64,000 nucleotides of DNA from Azolla caroliniana (Eukaryota; Plantae; Polypodiophyta), in assembly GCA_043228905.1 (NCBI GenBank), contig JBHGNT010000001.1, positions 4,526,001-4,590,000 on the forward strand, in the 5' to 3' direction. The translations under genes and the position numbers were made by a program. Positions 1 to 12,600 of the stretch are shown here, in pieces (the stretch's first letter is position 1; the number at the start of each line of letters is the position of its first letter). A model generated the notes under the pieces. The model was not told where the DNA came from, did not search any database, and saw only the letters and a program-made list of their open reading frames with translations.

Positions 1-446
1 TTGTATTCTCACTTTAAGCACTTATATCTCTATTTGGAAACCTACTTGCTTCAAAAAGCCAAAAGTCCATTTACCTAGCTATCAGAAAACTGGCATCCTT
101 ATTTGTTTATTTTCTTTATAAACCAGAAACTAAAAGCTCTTTCAGATGGGAAGATTTGGGGTGCCATGTAGTCAAAATGCAACCTCGTCTCATCCTCTGT
201 GTGGAGTCTGAACTATACTTGTATATCCACATAGTACACTAAGGCCAAAGATGTCCTGACAGCCATTAACTAATAAAATCTGATGCACTAAACCTTAAAC
301 CTGGATAAACTAACTATTAGGAAGAAAAACACAAACAAATAAAGAGGTCATGCATCTTTCAATTTGAAATGTCAAGGGTCAGGTATGTCACCCAATGATA
401 TCCAAGACATATATCTCCTCCTGTTTCAACAGGATCGATTACATAC

Positions 447-3020
447 CTTGACATAGGCACAAGCTGATGGAGTTAACGCCACGTTTTCAGGTCCCACAAA
501 CCCTGCACATGAATGGACCAAAATATTAGAGGGCTGTCAAGCTACATCAGATCCACAATCAAATTTGAAGGTTTCTTGCCCCACACTCCTTTCTATCAAG
601 ACCACACTATCTAGATCAAGGCAATGAATTTCAAGTCATTTACTATTTTCTTCAGATAATCATTAAAAGCTACTTCAAGAAATGTTTCCTTGTTGATGGT
701 CTATATATACCCTTTGGGCAGGCCAAAAAATAATATTTAAATTACCTTTTAGAAGAGGTTGGGCAAATGACAATGTAGAGACAAACATTATGGTTCCACA
801 GGCCAAAGCAACAAAAAGGAGCTGAGACAAATGCCGAGCCGCTCTCTTCTCATCCTAAGAAAACAATGAAGAGTCATTATACCATCAATGAGATCCTAAG
901 AGAGCACCATCTTAAAAGTCTACTGTGTCCAAAAGGAGCAACAAAGACCTTGGTTTTACTCCCTCCCCAGGGGAATTGTACAATAAGAACAGAGCAATTG
1001 CATTACTATGTAGGATGAAACCTGCAATATACAACTCTTAAGATATGCTAACGAAACAATGGAGCTTTTCAAAACTACTTATTTGCATCCGGTGTCATCA
1101 TCATGAGTTCAAAATTGTACAGCAAAAAGCTCAAAATTACTGCTGCAGGCATCAGCATCATGATTTCTAAGAATAAAGAAAAGTTAACCATGAATCATGC
1201 ATTATACTGTTGCAAACATAGCTAGGATACTATTTATTTTTATGAGCACAAAACTATCTTTAAGGATACCTTTTTAGCAAGGGAAGTAGCAATCAAATTA
1301 GAAGTTGCAACCGAAAGAAACATGAACACATAGCCCAACTGATCACAGAAGACTGTCCCTGGACCTGTGAGGTTACACAATATAGACATACCCCAAAAAA
1401 GTCGAGAAGATCAGTAATAATTAAGATATAGCCAGAATATAAAAGATGCCTTCAACTGCCCAAAATGCAGATTAGAACCTAACATTATGAGTTCCCATAG
1501 GGAAGACAGAGCATACAGCGCCTAACCAACTTTCTCATGTGGGGAACAAGAGGGGAAACTTTTGCGACTGCAAAAACTTTATGTTCATTAATGTTGGTTA
1601 AACACCTCACAAACCTCCTGTTAAGTGGTGCAAATTTAAAGCTGTTTACATAACTACTTATGTGAATCCAAGCAAGTTAAAGTGCTGCTTTTTACATTGT
1701 TTCTTGTGAAATAATGCACGTTAATAGCAACGAAAAGATCATCTGAACTACTGCCAAGTTCAAAGCTGCTAAACCTTCTTATGCAGTAATGCCTAATTAA
1801 AATACATTTAAACTTCTTCTGAACTAATGCAAGGTAAAAGCTCGCACCAAACTTCTTCTGATGTAATGCAAGTTAAAAGACTACTCCAGAGATCAAGCTT
1901 CATATGAACCACGTTAAACGCTACTAAGATTGTATTGTGAAATATTTAAAGTGAGAGAGTTAAAATCCTTTTCCATAACTTCATATAAGTCAACGCAAGT
2001 AAAAGCTTTTTTGCAAAACTACTTAAGAAGTAATAATGTAAGTTCAAAGAAATCAAAGAAAATTAAAACGCTTTTACATAACTACTCATGAATCAAAGCA
2101 AATTAAAAAATTAACTTTATTAGTAGCTACTTATGAATAAAACCAAGTTTTTAAAAATGGAGCTTTTTACACAACTACTTACGAAACAAAACAAATGAAC
2201 ATCTCTGCACATATAACTACTTATGAATAGGACGAGGATAAGAAAAGAAACTGTTTTCAAATCACTACTGATGAAACAAAGCTTTTTACATACCTAGAGC
2301 TGCAAGCTCCAAAGAGCTACTATTTCCCACAACGGCAGTATCAATTAAGCTCATCAGGGGTCCAGACAACCATATGCCAAGGGCGGGTCCTGCGAACTTA
2401 ACTATATCAATCATTTGTTGAAGAATGTTTTTCTCTTCATCACCTTCCAAGAAATCCAATCTCTCATTTATTTGTTCGCATTCCACTCTGCCTTCCTTAA
2501 GAAGAAGATCTTGATCCAACGAGGACGAAGAAGATGATGACAACGCTTCTTCTACAAGATCTCCAACTTCTTCTGATACCACAACTTCTTGCTCAATAAT
2601 GCTATTTATCAACATATCACTGTCCGTTCTTTTGATCGATTTCACCACATTAACATCAGTTGAAGAATGAGAGGAGGGGGGAGGAGGAAGAGAGGAAGAA
2701 GCACATGACCTCCATTGAAGATGAAGCTTGAGATGCTTTCGCTGAGGGTTTCTGTTTCTGTTTCTGTTTATTACAGCAATGGACGATCTGAGAGGTGATG
2801 AAGGTAAGAAGCCAAGATAACGGCGGTGGAGCGTAGAACGCCTTGTGCACGACAGGGGATGAGGTGGAATCGTGGAGCCATATTCTTCTGCGACGAGAGA
2901 GTGTCTGAAGACGAAGGTTTCCATGACAGACAGGCAAGAGGAGGAGGAGGAGGGGGGGGAGGGAAGTAATTTGGAAGCTAAAACAAAGCTATGGCTGCAA
3001 TTCAGAACAAAGAGAGGCAT
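447..3020 (-). CDS. Plastid-type MATE efflux transporter (DTX46/DTX47-EDS5 clade), 5' part; continues beyond the window start
   Basis: Exons 3020-2294, 1364-1270, 854-746 and 502-447 have GT-AG borders. They splice to [35 protein letters not shown]|[31 protein letters not shown]|[20 protein letters not shown]...|[19 protein letters not shown]. The N-terminus is Ser/Arg-rich and transit-peptide-like. The start could be the ATG at 3020 or at 2924. Confidence 0.9.
1635..2288. repeat. Degenerate minisatellite (~40-45 bp unit) filling MATE intron 1
   Basis: Recurrent variants of aaagct(t)tttacataactacttatgaa..aagcaagtt, for example near 1640, 1970, 2067, 2160 and 2212. Confidence 0.6.
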
Positions 3021-4584
3021 CAGAACAGAAGATTGGGCGGGCCCAGATTCGAACTCGGGACTCCAAAACAAAAACTTGGATTGGAAATTGGTGGGACATG
3101 CATGGCTGGCTGCTACTATGTATGTATTTGGGGGGGGTCTTCCTTTTTGGAAGGAAGATTCAAGACCCCAAATAGTACGTGTCCGCATTTTCATTCATAC
3201 ATCTCTCCTTCTTTTCGCTGTCTTCAATTCATTCATCCCTCGAGGGCGAGTTGTTGTTGTTGTAGTAGCAGTAGTATGTAGTAATAGTTGTCTTCAATTC
3301 ATTCCATTCATTCATCCCTCGGTGAGTTGTTGTTGTTGTTGTTGTTGTAGCATTAGTATGTAGTATGTGGTATGTAGTAATAGTAGTCACAGCAATAGTG
3401 GTGGTGGTGGTGGTGTTAGTTGTTGTTGTAGTGAGAGAGTCGAGGGACAACGCTAATGTTTGCTTTCCCCCATTCCCAGTTCTCAACACTTCCTTTTCTA
3501 CGAACAATGCTTGATCGACATGTGTGTGTGTGTGTGTGTGTCACGTGTGTTGTCTAATCGTCAATGTCGTGGTTGCGGTTTTGCATTAGGTTTAAGAAAC
3601 TTACTCGCGAAGCCAAAAACAAAAACAATTAAATGAAGAAAGCATGGTTATTATGGATGGGGGGGCCTTTCAAAAGAGTGAGCTATCCTCACCATCGGGG
3701 GAGGGCTCTCCCCATCAAGACATTTCACCAGTGCGCAATTTATGAATTGGCGTATCGTATTAAATTATTGTTACCCGACGACATGTAGACGAAATCATAA
3801 GCATCGATGTTACGGTTTAGGAGGTTAACATCATATTGTTATATTATTAGTTTGTTCCTTGCGTTTTAAAGTGGCTCAAAAGTGAGCACGGAACCATAGG
3901 ATCATGTTCGCAAAAGGATAGGGACTTTTTCTTAATAATGCAAAAAGCAATGTCATTGTTATTAAAAGTTTTCATCATCTCTACTTACCCGATTCTCTTA
4001 TCATTACATGTTAGTAGACAAAGTATTATGTCGTTTCTCGTTGATTCCTTCTAAGTATTCCAAACATGTCACATCCATCTCCCTCACAAACTCTACATAC
4101 ACACACACACACACACACATATCTAACAATCATCCACTCATAAGTTATGTCTTTATATTTCACTTGCTTGATCATGAAAATATAGTAAATATATCAATGA
4201 TGACTTATTACTATGTATTTTTGTGAGCTATAAGATATGCCTACCTCATAGCAAAACCAATGCATTTTTCTTTTAGTAACCAAAACGAGGAAGATGTGGC
4301 GACAATAGAGAGAGAAAGATGCGATAATGCCATTATTGAGATGATTACATCAATGTTTAGAGACCATCATGGGCTCATTAGTTCGATATTTCAATGTCAT
4401 ATGGCCATTAGGAGAATGGATATATATAGATTGATTTATTGATTGAAGTATGGAAGCGAGAATTTGAACCAATGACCTTGGTGTTGATAACCTACTTGTT
4501 TGAGTAAGACCATTTCAAGAAACATAAAAAACGAGAGTTTTGGAGAATTGACTGAGCAATATATCATTCCTTTGTCCTACCATC

Positions 4585-5745
4585 CCCTCTTGGTCATGTA
4601 ATATGCACAATCAAACCCATTTCATTCTACCTTTCTCAACCATGATCCATACATTAAATTAGGTCAACCATCAAACATGAACCTCACATCTATAATACTT
4701 CAATTCGCTAGGTTTTATAATATTCATGGTCAATACAAATATTATACTCATTAAACAATCAATGAATCCAAGCAATTCACTAGAGATAAACTGAAAGTAT
4801 TCCTAATAATTGGTAATAAATACTAGTGATATTGAAACATTGTCATTATGCATTCCATATACGATTGAACAAACGAAATGGGTTTAGGGTTTAATGTTTC
4901 AAAATCCTTGATCTTGACATCCAATCCACAATTCGCATCTTTAAGCAATTCAAAATTTCCTTAATGGATGCCCTCTTGGTCATGTAATATGCACAATCAA
5001 ACCCATTTCATTCTACCTTTCTCAACCATGATCCATACATTAAATTAGGTCAACCATCAAACATGAACCTCACATCTATAATACTTCAATTCGCTAGGTT
5101 TTATAATATTCATGGTCAATACAAATATTATACTCATTAAACAATCAATGAATCCAAGCAATTCACTAGAGATAAACTGAAAGTATTCCTAATAATTGGT
5201 AATAAATACTAGTGATATTGAAACATTGTCATTATGCATTCCATATACGATTGAACAAACGAAATGGGTTTAGGGTTTAATGTTTCAAAATCCTTGATCT
5301 TGACATCCAATCCACAATTCGCATCTTTAAGCAATTCAAAATTTCCTTAATGGATGCCCTCTTGGTCATGTAATATGCACAATCAAACCCATTTCATTCT
5401 ACCTTTCTCAACCATGATCCATACATTAAATTAGGTCAACCATCAAACATGAACCTCACATCTATAATACTTCAATTCGCTAGGTTTTATAATATTCATG
5501 GTCAATACAAATATTATACTCATTAAACAATCAATGAATCCAAGCAATTCACTAGAGATAAACTGAAAGTATTCCTAATAATTGGTAATAAATACTAGTG
5601 ATATTGAAACATTGTCATTATGCATTCCATATACGATTGAACAAACGAAATGGGTTTAGGGTTTAATGTTTCAAAATCCTTGATCTTGACATCCAATCCA
5701 CAATTCGCATCTTTAAGCAATTCAAAATTTCCTTAATGGATGCCC
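4585..5745. repeat. Tandem triplication, 386 bp x 3, apparently identical
   Basis: ccctcttggtcatgtaatatgcac starts at 4585, 4971 and 5357. Each unit ends ccttaatggatg and contains gggtttagggttta. Confidence 0.95.
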
Positions 5746-6479
5746 AAATTCCAACTTTGATGCTTCCACAAATACGACTTATCCCACTATTGTTCATCTC
5801 GTCTACAAGAATGAACCATTACACCAACAATGAGAGAAAGTTTTGAACCACACATTAGAGATGCAAAAAATGTTAATACCAATGAATGTTAATCAAGGAC
5901 TCAAAAGTGTGACCCTATCATGCACTAAAAACCACCTTTGTCAACTACAAACCCAAATGCTCGTGGAAGATATCTAATGCTACAATAAGACCCTTGGTGT
6001 AGCCTTACATGCGCATCCCAACCCCCTCCTCACCACCTTGTGCACATACCCATGGCCCAACTAACTCACCCTCTCAAACCATGTTTATCCATGGTTGTCC
6101 CCAACACCCCAATTTCCACATCCTCGATTCTATTCCTATGCCTAAGACATATGCCTCACCCTCTCTCCCATCATTTCTCCCTCCAAGCGTCGTTTCTTGA
6201 CCTTATCTAACATACTCCAAATCATATCCCAATATGTGATGCAAATAATGAGCGTTTGCATGCTACGTCAACAATATGTTAAGTACTTGCAATATTTTTT
6301 GATTCCCACACCTTACTAACAACATTCTCATTGAAACATAAACCCGAAGACATAATGTGATGAAATAAAGATCAACAGTTAGAACTAGAATAAAAGAGAC
6401 TTATGGCTATATCAGTATGAAAGAGGCTTAAGAATAGTATAGAAGACATTTAATTTATTTTTCTCACTTCTTCGTCATG

Positions 6480-6790
6480 TTTACATACTTCAGGCTAAAG
6501 CTTTGCTTTGTATTTCTCATAAGATTAGTGCTAAATGCTTTATTTGAAGCGTCATGCTAGTCCTCTTGTATTATAATGATGAATCATTCATTTCATTGAA
6601 GCTTGGTTATTTGTTGTGTATTTTATTGTCTCTTAACTTGTCTAAGTGTCTTTCTCAAGTTTTTATGTAAATGAGTGAGCTCTTTAATTGAGTAAAACTT
6701 AGTGAAAGAGTGATTTATGGTTCACATGAGTAATTAGTACCTTTGTTAGTAGCTTAGGAGTGATTGACAATTCCTACTCATGTTGTTGAC
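6480..6790 (+). repeat. Dispersed repeat, homologous to 23840-24110 (probable old LTR remnant)
   Basis: Shared ordered blocks aagattagtg, tgcta.tcctcttgtatta, cttagtga.agagtga and ttagtagcttaggagtg.ttgacaa. Confidence 0.6.
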
Positions 6791-7194
6791 TAGAAGGTAA
6801 ATGAGGGCAAGAAATTGAACATTGACCAAGACAAAGACATGAGCTCATAGTAAAACACCCAAAGAACAGAATCCCAAATATATTAAAGGATATAAAATAA
6901 CTTAATCGATATTAAAACAGTGCAAACCTAGTTAGACATAAGAAAACACATATTTGTAGCAGTATGAGAATATTTTCCTTTTGTATTGTCTTTGACCATT
7001 TTTCAATTTAGAAAGTAATATAAAAGATTCATCTTCTTGAGGGTTAATGACATGTGAGCCTGTAATAAGTTAAGATACCTTCCATGACATTATTTCTCAT
7101 TTATCTTGGGGGGTAAATGGTGAACAATATAGACTATCAATGTGGGGGAGAAAGGATGCATCCTTACTTTGCACAACTACACATCATGATTCAT

Positions 7195-7647
7195 ATTCTA
7201 TAGACATATATGCGTTAGAGTTGTGAAGTGTGCACACTAACAAAAAGTTGAATAAAGTTAAGAACACATTTCTATTAACATATCGATATAATTTTTTAGA
7301 AGCTATTTGTAAAATCGTTTAATAAAACCTATTAGAATTCTAGCTAAGGTACATAAGATTTGGCTCCTTGACCTTGATCCTAATGTTGTTCATCGATGGT
7401 GGGATTCATAGATTGACATATTCGCATTCTATAGACATAAGTGAAGTGTCCACACTAACAAAAAGTTGAATAAAGTTAAGAACACATTTCTATTAACATA
7501 TCGATATAATTTTTTAGAAGCTATTTGTAAAATCGTTTAATAAAACCTATTAGAATTCTAGCTAAGGTACATAAGATTTGGATCCTTGACCTTGATCCTA
7601 ATGTTGTTCATCTATGGTGGGATTCATAGATTGACATATTTGCATTC
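7195..7647. repeat. Tandem duplication, ~218 bp x 2
   Basis: gtgaagtgt.cacactaacaaaaagttgaataaag at 7223 and 7441; near-identical through gattgacatatt.gcattc. Confidence 0.9.
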
Positions 7648-7789
7648 GTGGAGGTTACCAAACGAATGCATGAAAAATATTCGTTAAAAAGAAGAAGAAG
7701 AAGAGAGTTCATAAAGTCCCTACTTTTTAGTTTCTTAGATATATCATATATCATATAACAATGAGGACTTTGACAATAAAAAGGGGATA

Positions 7790-8290
7790 TTTTACTTCAC
7801 ATTAAAAAGTAGACTTAGACTAATAATATTTTGATAATTTGGAAAAAACTTAAAAGTATTTGTTTTATTTTTAATAAATAAAAGGTTCATTAATTTTCCA
7901 CTTTTTACTCTCTCACAAAATTTGATATTTTTATCTATCATTAAAAAGGGGACCTCACACAAACAATATTTTTATAATAGATATAAAACTTAAAAGTATT
8001 TATTTTATTTTTTCATAAAACAATAAAACAATAAATAAATAATAAAAGGTTCATTGATTTCCCACTTTTTATTCTCCTACAAAATTTTGATATTTTTATC
8101 TGACATTAAAAATTGGACCTCACACTAATAATATTTTTATAATTGATGTAAAACCTAAAAATATTTGTTTTATTTTCAATAAAATAAAAAAGGTTCATTA
8201 ATCCCCCACTTTTTACTCTCTCACAAAATTTGATATTTTTATCTTACATTAAAAAAGGGACCTCACACTAATATTCTTTAAATAAATAAA
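7790..8290. repeat. AT-rich diverged satellite, ~3 units of ~145-165 bp
   Basis: Repeated aaaggttcatt.at...ccactttttactctctcacaaaatttgatatttttatct..cattaaaaa.ggacctcacac. A related piece recurs at ~13330-13400. Confidence 0.75.
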
Positions 8291-8293
8291 AAA

Positions 8294-8601
8294 GATTCAC
8301 CTTGGTATTAATGGAAAGATGCCCAAAGGCTACAACGAATTCATACAATAGATTATAACCCTCAAATCCACATCAACCAACATGTGAAGTATCAAAAGCC
8401 CTCATGTAGGGTCATTCCAAGACGGGGGGCGGGAAAAGCCATCTTGGTGGATTCACCTTGGTATTAATGGAAAGATGCCCGATGGCTACAACAAATTCAA
8501 TATATTATAACCCTCATACCCACATTAACCAACATGTCAAGTATCAAAAGCTCTCCTGTAGGATCGTTCCAAGACGGGGGGTGGAAAAAGCCATCTTGGT
8601 G
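8294..8601. repeat. Diverged ~156 bp tandem duplication at the LINE 3' end
   Basis: gattcaccttggtattaatggaaagatgccc at 8294 and 8450; both copies end gaaaagccatcttggtgg-like. Confidence 0.85.
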
Positions 8602-9389
8602 GAGCATACCTCCACTTTATTCTCTCTCCAAAACAGGTGAAGACCTCTACCTATTTCCAAATCTCTCGAAATTGTTGTTGTTTACGAATCACAACCTCAG
8701 GCTCACTAGTTATTGCCTCATATTGACCTCTTAGAGTATGTAAGAGCATTAACCATATCTCCTTGACTAACTCAACCACATTCTATTTAACTTTCTGAAA
8801 TACACATTTACTAGTCTTCCACAATACCCAAACTACTAAAGAAGATATCGTAGACCAGACCTTGGCCTCTTCCAAACAACGAATTGTTGTAGTATAAGAG
8901 ACCTCCAATAGATGTCTTCCATCGGAGAGAAGAAGAAAATCAACATACTCCTTTTTATAATTATGTATTTCTTTAGCCAATCTTCCCCCTCTCACAAAAC
9001 CTCATGTGTACACCCGTTTACCATAAATAGGATACAACATTCTCAACATTCTTTTCCAAACTTCTCTACCAATAGGACATATCCATAAAACATGGTAACC
9101 CGATTCAATGGGAGAACTACAACTATCACATTTTAAATCATGGCAATGCCCCCTCATCCATGACTTCACAAGAATGCCATAATGTATCAACAACCATCTA
9201 AATAACACAACTTTTTTAGGAATTTGCATGGCCCATAGCCAATGCATTCAACCAAGAATCTGTTACATTACCAGATCTCCAAAATTTATAAGTTATCGGC
9301 GTAACAACCACACCCCTCCCTAGCAATTCTCTACCCATTCTTATTGAATACTGAAAAAATGGGATTTGTTTACCTAACATTCATTGTGT

Positions 9390-9600
9390 TGTAAGGATGA
9401 AAACATTGTCGAATACAAATGTATAATGGACGTATTCACACTATCCTCTTAGAGAGCCCAAGTTCGGGCTATTTCTGTAAATAACATAAAGGGCAGTTGC
9501 CCTAAGTGAGTCACTATATAAAGTGGCTTTGTAACCTTTTGTAAAGGTTGGTTGTTCATTGTTGTAACGGTTGCCCCTTTATGAATATAGATATATTCTT

Positions 9601-9636
<36 letters not shown>

Positions 9637-9683
9637 CGTATTTTGTTCTTGCCTCTCTCATACGCAGGTATTTCTTCCTCACA
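9390..9683 (+). mobile_element. Solo-LTR-like insertion inside LINE ORF2
   Basis: Interrupts LINE coding remnants. Termini TGTAAGGA...TCCTCACA form a 7/8 inverted match with TG..CA ends. There is an internal TATATAAA and a (CT)n tract. No clean TSD. Confidence 0.5.
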
Positions 9684-12600
9684 GATTCATACTGTGTGAT
9701 CTCTTCCGCACTGACGGCCTTGTTCATTCCCTACAAAAATACCATACCACAATAGAGTAGTTTGAGATGGCTGAAAGGAAGACATCGTAAAGACTCTACC
9801 CATTTTTACATACATAATGTTCCCTCCCCAAATTGTTCTACAAACATGGGTTTTGTTTTCCATCGCCGAAGAAGAAAAAGTCAGCCAATTCCCCATTGAC
9901 TCAGCTTCACCTTTGTCAAAGTCAGCCCAATTCAACCAGGTTCTCTTCCCTAACATTACACCCTCCTTTGATGTAAATAGTGGGTTCAGTATGAGGGGTT
10001 GGCACAACCATTCCTCTGTACATGATGGTAGAGAGTGGACTAAGTTATGTTTCAAATCCCACCATGCCTTCATGATACCCCTAAAAAACTTATCATGACG
10101 AAAATTATCAATGGAATGGTTAAAATCTCTTAAAAACCACCATCTAATACTATCTTTCCAATTGTCACATGTAGAAGGCATAACTTTAACCATTCTCTGT
10201 CTTAAGATTTTTTTCCAAGGCTCCCCACCAAGCAACAAACCTTTTATAATAAATTTTCGCAAAAAAGCCTTACATTGTAAAAGAGGATCAATCAATCCAA
10301 GACCACCCTCGTCCTTTGGAGTTGTAATAACTTTCCAACATACCTTGGCTCTCACATATGAACAATCTTTAGATCCCCAAAGGAAATTCCTAATAAGCCT
10401 TTATACTTGTGATAAAGCAGAACGTGAGCACAACCCAAGTCGATAAAATGTACCACATGGAAGTCAACAATACTTGATTGGCAACAACCCCCCTACCTAC
10501 CAATGACAATTTAGCAGTGTTCCAATATAATAATTTCTTCCTTATAGCAAGCAATAGAGGAGCAACCTGATCTTCCGACAAAAGATTAATTCCTACATGA
10601 CATCGCAAGTATCTTATAGGTTTACCATGTGGAATCCATTGAAACCCTTCCTGTGGACACCACAAAGGGTTTACTGTGGTACCTACCCAGAACCCCACCA
10701 ACTCATTCCAATTAATAACAATTCCAGAAGTATGACAAAATGTACCAATAGCTCGTTGTACTCTAGAAAGATTATTGTGAGAACCTTGCAAATACAAGGT
10801 TGTGTCATCAACAAATTGACAATCCACAATTTGTTCCTCTAACCATGGCCATTGCAACCTTTTTATATTCACAACATTACTTCTCGCTTAATACTCAATA
10901 TCTTAGTTTTGAGTTGACACCATTCCTCCTTTGGTTTACTACAAAACCAATTACTAACATTGTCGATTGCATCCGCAACTCTATCACACACCATCAATTG
11001 CGATACACATGTATCCTTCCGAATTGCTAAAACATCTCGCTCTAAGGGCAACATCAACATACAAAGAGGAAGGTATAGGTGTCCTAAAGGACTTCCCTTT
11101 TTCCACTTTTTTCAAAGTACCAATAAGAGGTGAGTGATCTGAGAAAGTTGTCCCAACTATTATATGTAATGATCCTCCTAACACTATAAAGTAGTCATCA
11201 ACGTAGATTCTGACTAATTGAGCTAGATTAGTACCTAACAACAATCTATCTGATCTAGAGAATTGCAAAGATTCAACACGTTTGCTAAAGGATGGAGAGC
11301 ACCAAGTATCCTGAACACCATACTTAAAGCACAACCACTCCTAGAAGCTCAATTCTGAACCATATAAAATAGCTTGGCTATCCCCACTTCTATCCAACTT
11401 ATCCTCAATCATATTAAAATCTCTGACCATACACCAATAATCCACATGGGGCAAAGTATCACATAGATAATACCACAACCTCCTATTTGTTGACGCATTG
11501 TGAGCATATACATTTATAAAACCCAATTGTAGATTTTGGATTTCTAAAACAATAACTTGCACTCTTCCTTCCACTAAAATCCTATAGTCAATCACATGAG
11601 AAGACCATTTTTGGGCCAATGCTATATAAACACAACTTTATTGTGGGATTCGCCAATTGCAGGACTCTAGAAATGTGCCCAGGAACCACTAAATAAGGAT
11701 CCATACGAATCTACCCTTGTTGGACTCATATGATGTTCTTGTAAAAAACCATATTTACAGATGTCATCAAGCTTTTATGTAAATTTTGCCTAAGTCTAGC
11801 CTTAAATTTCTATGCTTGTGCACCACCCAACCCTTGAACATTCCATGAAACAATACGAAAATTATTCATAGGCTAACAAAAGTTGTTTACCTTTCACCCT
11901 TTTCTCCCCCATCGTTGCTTTCTTAGGCTTAGTAATTTGCCTAGCAATCTTGAATCCTTTCCAAGATTTCCTAGCCACAACTTCTGCGTAAGTATCCTTC
12001 TTTATTGAGGAAGAGAGTGTGCTCTTTCCATCTACCATCACACCTCCATTTATAACCATAGTATATGATTGCACCCGACCGAATTTCAAGCATGAATCCT
12101 CGTGCATTCTTACCATGACTTGTTAAGGCCTTTGTTTTGGCCCGAGTTAACCTTCCAGAATATTGCAACCCGTTCATATGACCCTCCTCCAAAGATATCA
12201 CAAATGTGCTTCCTCCATTCTTTTCTACCATAGCTAACTCCATATGAGCATCACCTTGTAATGAGGAAGGCTCGAAAGCTATCAGATGCTCAGGATCATT
12301 GGCCCCTCCCTTCATGGGCTTCTCCTTCCGAGAATTTACAATATCATTGTCAATTACAATATCATAATCCTCCTCTCTACTAAGTTGTACATCATTAGTA
12401 TTAAAAGGAATTATTTGTAAATTTGACTTGTTAACTTGTGGACTGTCATGAATTGCATTTGATGTCTTTATAGATGTTACCCCTATAACATTACATGTCA
12501 TCACCGAGGATTTCTTACCATGTTTCCTCCTACCTTCCATCCAACCTTCATCATTAGTGTTGCTAAAAGAACATTTTTGTACAGTTTGTTCATCTTGAAC

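Noticed and set aside
2872-3507. Antisense or overlapping ORFs at the MATE 5' end (and similar ones at 20038, 32714-33715, 40270 and 55119-56781)
   Set aside because: These are shadow frames of real exons or of GAA/GA/GTT microsatellites, with low complexity and no motifs.
4879-4893. Telomere-like TTTAGGG runs (also ~62558-62580)
   Set aside because: Only 2-3 imperfect units; too short to call an interstitial telomere.
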